Assembly: GCA_030390025.1 (NCBI GenBank)
Contig: CM059438.1
Location: 55,430,001 to 55,494,000, forward strand
Direction: 5' to 3'
Source of the DNA: Squalus acanthias
Lineage: Eukaryota
Length of the DNA: 64,000 nt
Shown: one piece after another, positions 37,496-50,574 of the stretch
How the letters are laid out: each line of letters starts with the position of its first letter
How positions within the stretch are numbered: the stretch's first letter is position 1
Notes under the pieces: generated by a model
What the model saw: the letters and a program-made list of their open reading frames with translations, nothing else
Database searches by the model: none
What the model was told of the DNA's origin: nothing
Program-made: the position numbers and the translations under genes

Positions 37496-38151
37496 TTCTG
37501 GGGACTAGTTAGCTGTGTATCCCAGTGTTCTGGGGACTAGTTAGCTGTGTATCCCAGTGCTCTGGGGACTAGTTAGCAGTGTATCTCAGTGCTCTGGGGA
37601 CTAGTTAGCTGTGTATCCCAGTGCTCTGGGGACTAGTTAGCTGTGTATCCCAGTGTTCTGGGGACTAGTTAGCAGTGTATCCCAGTGTTCTGGGGACTAG
37701 TTAGCTGTGTATCCCAGTGTTCTGGGGACTAGTTAGCAGTGTATCCCAGTGTTCTGGGGACTAGTTAGCTGTGTATCCCAGTGCTCTGGGGACTAGTTAG
37801 CTGTGTATCCCAGTGCTCTGGGGACTAGTTAGCAGTGTATCCCAGTGCTCTGGGGACTAGTTAGCAGTGTATCCCAGTGTTCTGGGGACTAGTTAGCAGC
37901 GTATCCCAGTGTTCTGGGGACTAGTTAGCAGCGTATCCCAGTGTTCTGGGGACTAGTTAGCAGCGTATCCCAGTGTTCTGGGGACTAGTTAGCAGCGTAT
38001 CCCAGTGTTCTGGGGACTAGTTAGCAGCGTATCCCAGTGTTCTGGGGACTAGTTAGCAGCGTATCCCAGTGTTCTGGGGACTAGTTAGCTGTGTATCCCA
38101 GTGTTCTGGGGACTAGTTAGCTGTGTATCCCAGTGTTCTGGGAACTAGTTA
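37496..38151. repeat. 32-bp minisatellite (TCTGGGGACTAGTTAGCTGTGTATCCCAGTGT), ~20 units
   Basis: Seen directly. A further diverged unit lies at ~41608-41641. Confidence 0.96.
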
Positions 38152-41100
38152 GAAAGATACAGCACGGAAGGAGGCCATTTCGGCCCATCGTGTCCGTGCC
38201 GGCCAACAAAGAGCTATCCAGCTTAATCCCACTTCCCAGCTCTCGGTCCGTAGCCCTGCAGGTTACAGCATCCCAAGTGCACATCCAAGTACTTTTTAAA
38301 TGTGGTTAGGGTTTCTGCCTCTACCACCCTTTCAGGCAGTAAGTTCCAGACCCCCACAACCCTCTGGGTGAAGAAATTTCCCCTCAAATCCCCACTAAAC
38401 CTTCCCCCAATTACTTTAAATCTGTGCCCCCTGGTTTTTGACCCCTCTGCTCAGGGAAATAGGTCCTTTCTATCCACTTTATCTAGGCCCCTCATAATTT
38501 TATACACCTCAATAAGGTCTCCCCTCAGCTTCCTCTGTTCCAAGGAAAACAGACCCAGCCTATCTAGTCTTTCCTCAGCTAAGATTCTCTACTCCCGGTA
38601 ACATCCTTGTAAATCTCCTCTGTACCCTCTCTCGTGCAATCACATCTTTCCTGTAATGTGGTGACCAGAACTGCACGCAGTACTCTAGCTGAGGCCTAAC
38701 TAGTGTTTTATACAGTTGAAACATAACCCCCCTGCTCTTGTATTCTATGCCACGGCTAATAAAGGCAAGAATTCCGTTTGCCTTCTTAACCACCTTATCT
38801 ACCTGGCCTGCTACTTTCAGGGATCTGTGGACATGCACTCCAAGGTCCCTTTGTTCCTCTACACTACTCAGTGTCCTACCATTTAATGTGTATTCCCTTT
38901 CCTGGTTAGCCCTCCCCAAATGCATTACCTCACACTTCTCCGGATTGAATTCCATTTGCCACTGTTCTGCCCACCTGACCAATTTATTGATATCTTCCTG
39001 CAGTCTACAGCTTCCTTCTTCAGTGTCAACCACACAGCCGATTTTAGTATCATCTGCAAACTTCTTAATCATAACCCTTATATTCAAGTCTAGATCATTG
39101 ATATATACCACAAAAAGCAAGGGGCCTAGTACTGAGCCCTGCGGAACCCCACTGGAAACAGCCTTCCAGTCACAAAAACACCCATCAACCATTACCCTCT
39201 GCTTCCTGCCTCCGAGCCAGTTTTGAATCCAACTTGAAACTTTGCCCTGGATCCCAGTCTGCCATGTGGAACCTTATCAAAAGCCTTGCTAAAGTCCATA
39301 TACACTACATCAAACGCACTACCCTCATCTACCCTCCTTGTTACCTCCTCAAAAAATTCAATCAAGTTTGTCAGACACGACCTTCCCTTAACAAATCCAT
39401 GCTGACTATCCTTGATTAATCAGTGTCTTTCTAAATGAAGATTTATCCTGTCCTTCAGAATTCTTTCCAGTAATTTTCCCACCACCGAGGTTAGGCTGAC
39501 TGGCCTGTAATTACTTGGTCTATCCCTTTCTCCCTTTTTAAATAAGGGTACCACATTAGCAGTCCTCCGGCACCACACCTAAAGTCAGAGAGGATTGGAA
39601 AATGATAGTCAGGGCCTCTATTTCCTCTTTTGCTTCGCTTAACAGCTTGGGATACATTTCATCCGGGCCTGGGGATTTATCCACTTTTAAAGCTGCTAAA
39701 CCCCTTAATACTTCCTCTCTCACTATGTTTATTTCATCTAATATTTCACCCTCCTCCCTGATAGCAATGTCTACTTCGCCCCTCTCCTTTGTGAAAACAG
39801 ACGCAAAGTATTCATTAAGAACCCTACCGACGTCTCCTGCCTCCACACACAGATTACCCTCATGATCTCTAATAGGCCCTACCCTTTCTTTAGTTATCCT
39901 CTTACTCTTAATATATTTATAAAACATCTTTGGGATTTCCTTGATTTTACTTGCCAAGAATTTTTCATGCTCTCTCTTTGCTTTCCTAATATCCTTTTTA
40001 ATTGCACCCCTGCACTTTCTGTACTTCTCTAAAGATTTTGGAGTATTTAGCCCTCAGTATCTGTCATACGCCTTCCTTTTTTTCCTTTCTCCTACCCTGT
40101 ATGTCCTAGACATCCAGGGGGCTCTAGATTTGTTAGTCCCACCTTTTTTCTTTAAGGGCACATATTTGGTCTGAACCCTCCGGATCTCCTCCTTGAATGC
40201 CTCCCACTGCTCGGACACTGATTTACCTTCAAGTAGCTGTTTCCAGTCCACTATGGCTAAATCCCCTCTGAGCTTAGCAAAATTTGCTTTTCCCCCAATT
40301 TAGAATTTTTATTCCTGGTCTATCCTTGTCCTTTTCCATAACTACCTTTAATCCAACTGAATTATGGTCACTAGCACCAAAATGCTCCCCCACTGATACG
40401 CCTTCTACCTGCCCAGCTTCATTCCCTAAAACTAAGTCCAGAACTGCCCCCTCCCTTGTTAGGCTTGCTACATACTGGCTAAAAAAGTTCTCCTGGATGC
40501 ATTTTAGGAATTCCGCACCCTCTATACCCTTCACACTAATTTTATCCCAGTTAATATTGGGGTAGTTGAAATCCCCTACTATTACTGCCCTATAGTTTTT
40601 GCACGTCTCAGAAATTTGTCTACATATTTGTTCTTCTAGCTCCCTCTCACTGTTTGGGGGTTTGTAGTACACTCCCAGCAGTGTGATCGCCCCTTTTTTG
40701 TTTTTCAATTCGATCCATATGGCCTCGTTTGATGATCCCTCCAACATATCATCCCTCCTCACAGCTGTAAGTTTCTATAATCAATACCGCGACCCCCCCT
40801 CCCTTTTTACCTCCCTCTCTATCCCGTCTGAAAATCCTGTAACCAGGAATGTTGAGCTGCCATACCTGCCCCTCTTTCAGCCACGTCTCTGTAATAGCTA
40901 TATCATCATAGTCCCAAGTATCTACCTGTGCCCTCAGCTCATCTGCCTTGTTCGCTATACTCCTTGCATTTAAGTATATACCATTTAGTACAGGCAAACC
41001 TCCTTGTTGACTACTATCTAGCCCTTGATTCCTCTATCCTTCCAATTTACTTTCTATGTTTTTCTTCCCTTCCTACTGACTCTATTCTTAGGTTCCCATC

Positions 41101-41606
41101 CCCCTGCCAAGCTAGTTTAAACCTTCCCCAGCAGCACTAGCAAACCCTCCCGCGAGGATATTGGTCCCGTTCCCGTTGAGGTGTAACCCGTCTGGGCTTG
41201 TAGAGGTCCCACCTCCCCCAGAAACGGTTCCAATTCCTCAGGAATCTAAAGCCCTCCCTCCTACACCATCTCTCCAGCCACGCATTCATCTGTTCTATCC
41301 TCCTATTCCTGTACTCACTAGCACGCGGCACCGGGAGTAATCCGGAGATTACTACCTTTGAGGTCCTGCTTTTTAACCTCGTTCCTAGCCCCCTATAGTC
41401 TGCCTGCAGGACCTCATCCCTCTTTCTGCCTACGTCGTTGGTACCGATATGGACCACGACCTCTGACTGTTCACCCTCCCCCCTCAGAATGCCCTACAGC
41501 CGTTCAGTGACATCCTTGACCCTGGAACCAGGGAGGCAACATACCATCCTGGAGTCACGTCTGCGGCCGCAGAAACGCCTGTCTGCTTCCCTAACTATTG
41601 AATCCT
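38150..41606 (-). mobile_element. Long CR1 LINE: ORF1 C-terminal part (SGNH esterase-like) plus frameshifted ORF2 (APE endonuclease and RT) plus 3' UTR
   Basis: ORF1 VHIGTNDVGR...[63 protein letters not shown]. Confidence 0.95.
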
Positions 41607-42610
41607 ATTAACTGTGTATTCCAGTGCTCTGGGGACTAGTTCAGTCTGTAAATCAGTTGTAACAGAGTGAGGGGGACAATACGTGAGCCATAAGCTTTTG
41701 AGAGCTCTGTTTCCTCAATAGGGGTACAACTTGAGTTATATAAAATCTTCAGAATAATAATGGCAAGGTGGTATAGCTTTAAGAAATTGTTGACCAAAAT
41801 TGCCTTTAATCAGGAACAACTCCCAGCCTGCAAGAATAAAAGGCAGGGAAATAGTTCAGTTGGGGAGAAGAGTATGGAGAGGAAGGAACTGGAAAGTAAT
41901 CCCTGTTACTGTTTGGTTCATCGCTGCACTTAAAGACACAGCTGCAGTGGGTGAATAACCGGACTTGCTTTAACCATTAGGCTGTGGTCCGCATATCTAA
42001 CTGACCACTGGGTCCTGGGCCTGCTTCGATTGGTCACGCAGCGATCATGTTGGGTGAGGTTGCTACCCTCGCTGGTCAGTGGGTGGGCAGTTTGTGCCTA
42101 GTGAGCCTAGAAGAACAGGCCCCAGCCAGACCGCTCGGTATTTCTCCACTTCCAGACAGAGGCCAGTCATCACTCCTTCTGAATTTGCAGTGACCTCATC
42201 GTCTCTACATAGTGGATGGCTGAGGTTTTCCAGACCCACTCCTGCACTTCCAGGAAGGGGAAGTGGAGCCGTGGCAATGCTCCAGCTGGGACTAGTCCAA
42301 GGTTACTGGGAGATGTAAGCATCCGATGAGTTGTTTGTCTGAAAGTTCTGCTTCCTGAAGTTCAGCTCATGGGCATGTTTACAAACTCACAAGATGATCA
42401 ACCAAAACAAGAGACAGCCGCGGGACAGCGCCGCACAGGGCCCAGACTCTACCAGTATTTTCCAATAGCGATTCTGTGCTTTCAGATGCTGCTCCCAGCT
42501 AATCTCCATGTAAAGAGCTCAGTGTTTGAATCGCTCAAGTCCTGCATTTCCAAAAAGGGGGTTGGTGGAACAAATAACCAGGGCAAATAGACTGATCAAT
42601 AAATCCTTAC

Positions 42611-42760
42611 CTTCCCCGTTACAGACTCGCCATCGTAAAACAGATAATGTTTCTCTACTTTGCCATCTTCACTTTTGATCTCTGCCGTTTTCCTGGTGTC
42701 TGCATCATTGAGGACGATATCGATGTCACACACCGGAGTAAACAAACCACCTAGGAAACT
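42611..42760 (-). CDS. VPS26A: VPS26A coding exon 2 (150 nt): SFLGGLFTPVCDIDIVLNDADTRKTAEIKSEDGKVEKHYLFYDGESVTGK
   Basis: Translated by hand. Matches the human VPS26A N-terminus. Acceptor tag, donor gtaagg. Confidence 0.96.
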
Positions 42761-42835
42761 CTAGAGAGGACAGAAGACACAAAATTGTGACCACAATCTA
42801 CTAAAGAATGAATAGTGGGCTCATAAATGTTGCAC

Positions 42836-43810
42836 AAACTCTCCACTGGCTGGAGTCATACCTAGCACAAAGGAAGATGGTTGTGGTGGTTGAAGGTCAA
42901 TCATCACAGCCCCAGGACATCGCTGCAGGAGTTCCTCAGGGCAGTGTCCTAGGCCCAACTATCTTCAGCTGCTTCATCAATGACCTTCCCTCCAACATAA
43001 GTCAGAAATGGGGATGTTCGCTGATGACTGCAGTGTTCAGTGCCATTCACAACTCCTCAGATAATGAAGTAGTCCATGCCCACATGCAACAGGACCTGGG
43101 CGACGTTCAGACTTGGGCTGATAAGTGGCAGGTAACATTTGCACCACAGAAGTGCCAGGTAATAACTATCTCCAACAAGCTTGAGTCTAACCACCTCCCC
43201 ATGACATTCAACGGCATTACCATCGCCGAATCCCCCACCATCAACATCCTGGGGGTCACCATTGACCAGAAACTTAACTGGACCAGCCACATAAATACTG
43301 TGGCAACAAGAGCAGGTCAGAGGCTAGGTATTCTGCGGCGAGTGTCTCACCTCCTTACTCCCCAAAGCCTTTCCATCATCTACAAGGCACAAGTAAGGAG
43401 TGTGATGGAATACTCTCCACTTGCCTGGATGAGTGCAGCTCCAACAACACTCAAGAAGCTCGACACCATCCAGGACAAAGCAGCCCGCTTGATTGGCACC
43501 TCCCAAACCCATGACCTCTTCCACCTAGAAGGACAAGGGCAGCAGGCACATGGGAACACCACCACCTCCAAGTTCCCCTCCAAGTCACACACCATCCTGA
43601 CTTAGAAGTATATCGCTGTTCCTTCATCATCGCTGGGTCAAAATCCTGGAACTCCCTCCCTCACAGCACTGTGGGAGTACCTTCACCACACGGACAGCAG
43701 CGGTTCAAGGCGGCGGCTCACCACCACCTTCTCAAGGGCAATTAGGGATTGGCAATAAATGCTGGCCTTGCCAGCGACACCCACATCCCATCAACAAATT
43801 TAAAAAAAAA
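42836..43810 (+). mobile_element. 5'-truncated non-LTR retrotransposon (CR1/L2 group, a distinct family): RT C-terminus plus 3' UTR
   Basis: [21 protein letters not shown] and YKAQVRSVMEYSPLAW, with an A-rich end. Confidence 0.9.
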
Positions 43811-44492
43811 CAAGGACTTCTTCCACCCCCCACAAGGCATCGACTCCCTGATGAGGTACAGCTCCATGGGCACTATGCACCTCCTGCACTCAGTTTCAGC
43901 AGCTTAAACCCATGTGAGCCCAACCCTACCCTCACCCAACATCTACACAGACCTACTTCCAGCAGCAGTAGGAGAGAGCGATCAGCAGCAGGAGACATTG
44001 GCTAACTTTCTCGCTCTTTCTCAAAGTTACTCTCAACTGGAGAGCGAGACAATGTACAACAGCCTGCATTTACATAGAGAGACTGCAACAAAAAGTCACA
44101 AGGAGCTTCAGAGAGTAAAGACAAACAGCAGATGGGCAAGCTATGCTGGAAGGATTAGGAGAAGTGACTGCAAGCTTAGAATGCGCAGAAGGCCAGAGTC
44201 AGAGGACTGGAGGATGAGAGAGGAGGGACAAGGCTAGAAGAGTTGCAAAGGTAAAGTGGGGTGGGGCAAATCGGACAGGGGTGAAGGGCTAGCAGTCACT
44301 CGTATCCAGACCTGCACTAAGTTCTGAACAAGGTGGAGTTTGTGGAGATGGGAGTCCAGCGAGAATATCCAGGGGGTGGGGAGGCAGGAAATCAAACCCA
44401 GCTGTGCACGGACACTGGAAGGTGGCAGGAATGAAGTGACTAATTCTAGAGGAGGAAGTCTTGTTGGTAGATAGGTTGTGGAGTTTGAAGCT

Positions 44493-45080
44493 ATAAGAAC
44501 GTAAGAAATAGGAGCAGGAGTAGGCTATTTTGCCCTTCGAGCCTGCTCTGCCATTTAATAAGATCATGGCTGATCTTCGACCTCAACTCCACTTTCCTGC
44601 ACGATCCCCATATCCTCCCTTGATTCCCAAAAATCTATCGATCTCTGACTTGAACATACTCAACGACTGAGCCTCCACAGCCTCTGGGGTAGAGAATTCC
44701 AAAAATTCACCACCCTCAGTGAAGAAATTTCTCCTCATCTCAGTCCTAAGTGGCCAACCCCTTATTCGGAGACTGTGACCCCTGGTTCTGGATTCTCCAG
44801 CCAGGGGAAACATCCTCCCTGCATCTACTCTGTCAAGCCCTGTAAGAATTTTGTATGTTTCAATGAAATCACCTCTCATTCTTCTAAACTCTAGAGAATA
44901 TAGGCCTAGTCTACTCAATGTCTCATCATAGGACAATCCCCCGATCCCAGGAACCAGTCTGGTGAACCTTCGTTGCACTCCCTCTATGTCGAGTATATCC
45001 TTACTTCGGTAAGGAGACCGAAACTGTACACAATACTCCAGATGTGGTCTCACAGGGCCCAATATAATTGCAGTAAGACG
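44493..45080 (-). mobile_element. CR1 LINE 3' fragment
   Basis: VRPHLEYCVQF...GYGDRAGKWS*, 3' UTR and tail. Confidence 0.92.
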
Positions 45081-48079
45081 TGGTCCAACAGGGTGCCATG
45101 CTTTTGCACAACCTGAGCGAGGGAGCAGAGGAAGAGATGGAATCAGCAGCTGGGGATTGGAGTTTATGGCAGGGGCTGAAAACGATGGTTTTGGTCTCCT
45201 TGAAACCAGCTACTGGGTACTGATTAATCTACAACTTGTCACTAACAAAACTGTATTTTATCTTGTACTGGTAGCAGCATGTAGGGGGCATCAAAACATA
45301 TCAGAAATTACCTCAGGAGGCATGTTCTGGGAAAAGCTTTTTTGACCCACCAAAGACCATGGTCTTTGAAGTGTTAATTGGTTAATAAGCCCAGGCGGAG
45401 GGGCAAGTTATCTCCAAGCCCAAGCATCTTGTGCTATTGTCAAAAGATGACTCCCTGTTCTCAGGAATACTTGGGGCACCTTGCTACTGAAGGTGTCATT
45501 CTATTCAGTGGCCTAATGATGGATGATGCAATACAAGTGAAAGTCCTTTTCTCTATAGGACCCAATCTGCCAGGAATTCTTCACTCGGGATTCAGAATCA
45601 GCAGCACATTACAACACAAGACAAGGCCATTAAGCCCATCCAAGACCATTCCCTTTTGCATACATCAATCCAATCTCATCATATCCCTCAGATAATTTCT
45701 TGAATCCACTCCAATGTTCTTACCTGGTAACTTATCCAATAGTTTTCCTTTGGATGAAAAAGTTCCCTCTAAGTTTCCTCTTTACTCCTAATCCAATTTC
45801 CAACTTGTGCCCCCAGTATTAAGTTTTACATAAATGTCATAGAATGGTTACAGCACAGGAGGAGGCCATTTGGCCCGTCGAGCCGGTGCCAGCTCTCTGC
45901 AAGAGAGTTTGCATTAAAAACTTTTTTTTTTGCTCCATGTCACCCCCTTGATAATAAACACACCTGTAACCCCCTCTAAAATTAAAGAATGAACTTGGTT
46001 ACATATCAATTCAGGTCGACTGTAGCTACCTTCTCAGCTTCAGCGACATCAGTCACTCCCATAAGTGGATCCCACAAACATTACATGCTGTAGTAGACAG
46101 TGCCCAATATCTGCTTATAGAATAGTGTAATCCAGGGTTAGAACAATACCCTAGTGATCTGAACAAGATATTTGTGTGACTCCATTTGCCTCTTCAATTT
46201 TTTGAAGATGAGGCCAGATATCAATTGTAAAGTTTAAAAAAAAATATATAACCAGGGAACATACAAAGCAATCATTCTGATTGAATCAAGTCCTATCAGT
46301 ATAACTGGTCTGTGTGTAATAATACAAAATTAATGAATACACCACACCGCCCCACATCAGTGCAGCATCTTGCTCGTCTTAAACAAGAACTTCCAACTAT
46401 CCTCCTGCATTCTTCGAGCCTGGCTGATATTGGCCCTTGCAACTTTGTATAAAAACCTGGCTGACCTCGCAGTCTTTGCTGGACTTGAAAGCCTATGTCT
46501 TTTTTTTTTAAATAACCCGGTGTTCACAATTTGAGAGAAGGGCCGATGCCAGACAACATCTGCTGTGTATCTGGGACCTCCCAACATAACTAGTGCGAGG
46601 GGTTTATTGTTGGCACAGGCCAACAGTGCTGTACTTGCCCTGGGAGTGTTTGATGGGACAGTGTAGAAGGAGCTTTACTCTGTATCTAACCCGTGCTGTA
46701 CCTGCCCTGATGTTGACACTGAGTGCCTGAGATGATCAGAGTTCCTTTATCCAGCACTAACTTGAGCTCACATTTTTGTTTAGAGAAGGTGCCAATTCTT
46801 GGAAGCAGATTGAGAGACTGGAGAGGATTAACGCAGAAACACTAGTCATTAATGCTCCTGAGCAAACAGGTTCCCAAAATTAGTACATTTCTACTGCAGC
46901 CATTTTACTAACAAATGACATACACAATTAAACTGCCTCTTCTCTCTCAAAACTGCCAAACAGCTGTAAATTTACAACATTTTCAGTTTTTAATCTGAAG
47001 TTATTTCAGCAATCCAGAGGAAGCATCGAAACTCAATTGCTACAGTTATACAATTAAAACGAGAAAGACACGGGGACAGTTGGGCAGGGAATGATCAATG
47101 GGTTTTCAGTAGTGTAGCAGCATTCCTGGGAGGTAGGGGAAAGGTCATCGGAGAGGAGGTACGAGCCTCAAACAAGAAACTTTAGTGCAAAGGTGGTACA
47201 GCACATTAGTACTGGTGCAGTAAATAGTGCCAGTACTGTGAATAAGCAGTGACAAATCTCAGGGGGCGCTAGGTGGAGCTAGAATCTTCAGTCTCCATAC
47301 CTTCTGCCCTTGGACAACTGCTGATCAACAGAATACACAGCAGGACTAAAGATCAACGGAAACAAACCAAGTAGTCCCACTCCTGACCACATTTGCATCT
47401 TAAAGCCCTCTGAAGGGCCCAACAATAAACTCAGTTGTACAAACGCCTGTTGTATTTACACAATTACCATGTGCTGGGTGCACCAATTGACATTTACAGT
47501 TTTGGCTACACAGCCAAAGCTCCAGTGACCCCCTCATGGAAACCAGAAACATGTCACACTTACTGTGTGGCACAGGCTCACACACAGGAAGTTGCTTTCA
47601 ACTTTGCTGCCTTAAATAAGTCACATCACTCCACCCAAGAACTCGCAGCTCAACTGCACACGCACGGTGGTCAGTCCAGCAGAATCCAGTCTGCAGCAGG
47701 AGTCACAGACGTTTGCAGCACAGAAGGAGGCCATTCATCGCAGCACACCTGCTGCCCCTTTGCTGAAACAGCCCAACTCTAATCCCACTGTGCAGCTCGC
47801 TCCTCAAAGTCCTGGATCGTTATTACAAATTCCCATCCGATGTTAGATAGCATTGTGGGTACACTGGTACTAATTGGAGAACGTCCGCACAGCCCAATAT
47901 CCAAGTGTACAATAACGTAACCCAGGGAGCAACAATACAACCCCTTTGGGTGATCACAACTGGATATTTGTGCGTGTAGCACGGGGCCCCACACGCCTCG
48001 GACTCCTTCTGATGGCCGGTTAAGAAAACAGCTGATAAATGAAGCCAGATAGGCATCGGTACATTGCTTTATTTCACAG

Positions 48080-48512
48080 CAACAACCAACAACTTGTATT
48101 TATATAGCACCTTTAACATAGTGGTGCATCACAGGAGCGATTATCAGACAAAATTTCACACCGAGCCACATAAAGGAGATATTGGGGCAGATGACCAAAA
48201 GCTTGGTCAAAGAGGGGGGTTTTAAGGAGCGTCTTAAAAGGAGAGGTGGAGGAGTGGAGAGGGTTAGGGAGTGAACTCCAGAGCTGAGGGCCTAGGCAGC
48301 TGAAGGCACAGCCGCCAATGGTGGACCGATTAAAATAGGGGATGCTCAAGAATTAGAGGAGTGCAGATATCTCGGAGAGTTGTAGGACTGGAGGAGGTTA
48401 AAGAGATAGAGAGGGGCGAGGCCACAGAGGGATTTGAAAACAAGGATGAGAATTTTAAAAACGTTTTTTTTTTATATAAAAGTGTTGTTGGACTGGGGAC
48501 CAATGTAGGTCA
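48080..48512 (-). mobile_element. L2-clade LINE 3' fragment
   Basis: AFSCLGPQLWSSLP and a tail matching 21490-22268. Confidence 0.78.
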
Positions 48513-48984
48513 GACAGTTTCCCCACAGCAAGTTGTCTTACTGGAATTGAACAGAATGACTAACTGCCCTCCTACATTCTAAGCTTCTGGGTTCAGTGAA
48601 CGCTTGTCCTCACAGCTTTCAGTTTAAAAATCCTGACTTGTCAGTGAGCTTTCCTGTCCCGGTTTTATCTCCAGTGCACACAACACAAGGGCAAAGCCTA
48701 TGCTAGACAACCCGAGTCACGTGCTGAGGACCAGGAGCCTCTCGACACCATGGGCCTGAAATGTTTATCGATTACCAAGACAGGCTAATGAATTGCTTAC
48801 GTTTTCAGTCTTGGGAGAAAGTATTTCAACATCTGGACCAATAGCATTTTAACCAGCTCTTGTCTATGCCTTTATTTAAAATGTGCAAGTATAGTGCTAT
48901 AAAAACCCACCCTTTAGTTGAAACTCTGCCTTAATCCAGTGGAAAATTGATCAAAAATCTCAAAACGTGGCACGTTCTCAGACT

Positions 48985-49440
48985 CAAATATTTCTGATTT
49001 TTCCCTTAATAGTTGCAATGGTCTCTGCCTCAACCACTCCCTGTGACAGAGCATTCCAGGCTCCAACAATCCTCTGTGTAAAGACATTGCCAACCTTAGT
49101 GACAAGTTTAAATTGATGAGCCATCACAGAAACCCCAAAGGAAATCTTTCCCTATTCACCCTATGAAAACCCTTCACAATTTAAAAAACCATCTCTAAAA
49201 TCTCTTCTTAGCCTTCTCTGTTCCAGTGGATATAGTCCCAGTATCTCAAGCCACTCCTTGTAACTATAGTTTCCCATTCCTGTCATCATCCTCGTGAATC
49301 TATGCCTTACACACACTGATTTGAATTTCCCATTCTATATTGGCTCACAGCACTAACTGTGGCCTAACCTTGTACAAGTTGATTACTTCTTCACTCCTGT
49401 ACTCGGTTTCTATTGGTAAAATGCAAAGTACTGTTTGCCT
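48985..49440 (-). mobile_element. Highly degraded CR1 3' fragment
   Basis: Residual similarity to other CR1 copies (caaccactccctg..agcattcca, ccttctctgttcca, gtggcctaac). Confidence 0.55.
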
Positions 49441-49469
49441 TTAAGCAATCTACCATAGTTATGTTCTGG

Positions 49470-50285
49470 GTGGCAAGACCAGCATTTATTGCCCATCCCT
49501 AGTTGCCGAGGTAGTGGTGGTGAGCTGCCTTCCTGAACCGCTGCAGTCCGTGTGGTGAAGGTACTCCCATAGTGCTATTAGGTAGGGAGTTCCAGGATTT
49601 TGACCCAGCGACGATGAAGGATCAGCGATATACTTCTAAGTCAGGATGGTGTGTGACTTGGAGGTGTTGGTGTCCACATGACATTATCCTACTTAGTGAT
49701 AGAGGTTACAGGGGAGGGAGGTGCTGTTGAAGTAATCTTGGTGAGTTGCTGCAGTGCATCCTGTAAATTGTATATACTACAGGAAGTGTGCGCTGGTGAT
49801 GGGGGGAGTGCATATCTACTCCAATGGCAGGGGCACCAATCCAGCATCTTTGTTCAAAATGGTCATTACCTAGCACTTGTGGCGTGAATGTTACCTACCA
49901 CTTGCAACCTTAAGTCTGGATGTTGTGCAGGTCCTGTTATAGGCTGGCAAGGGCTGCTTCGTTATCAGAGGAGTTGTGAATGGAGCTCAACACTGGAATC
50001 ATCAGTGAACATCCTGACCCTTCGATACAGGAAGGTCATTGATAAAGAAGCTGATGATGGTTGGTCCAAGGACACTTACCTGAGGAACTCCTGCAGCAAT
50101 GTCCTGGGGCGGATGACTCTTAACTGCCCTCCAGTGATTTAGCAAGCCACTCAATTGCATCAAAACCACTCGCAGCGGTTCAAGGTAGCAGGCCACCATC
50201 ATCTTCTCAGAGTACACGGAGATGGGCAACAAATGCCAGCCTTGCCAGCTACACACACACATCCAGAGAATGAATTTTTTTTTTA
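49470..50285. mobile_element. Fragments of the 42836-family LINE in both orientations
   Basis: Minus-strand PQDIAAGVPQVSVLGPTI and 3' UTR, with a plus-strand 3' end at ~50130-50285. Confidence 0.7.
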
Positions 50286-50574
50286 ATAAATTGCCCACAC
50301 TGCTCAACATCTCATTCACCTACCTCACCCCTGCTGCACTGACCTCTCATGGTTCTATACCCAGCTGTCCCAATGCAATCAGTACATCTTCTCAAAGGGT
50401 TTCTCTCTCTTTGCCCCATGGTAATCCTCACCCTGATTCACATACAGCCCCTCAGCAACATGAACAGCAAGCACAGGATTATTCTTCATGAACACGTCGA
50501 GTGAACCTTCCCAAAACACCCTGTTCCGGCTGCTCGGGGAGTCAGATCGAGTGATCCTCAATTTAAAAGTCAGT

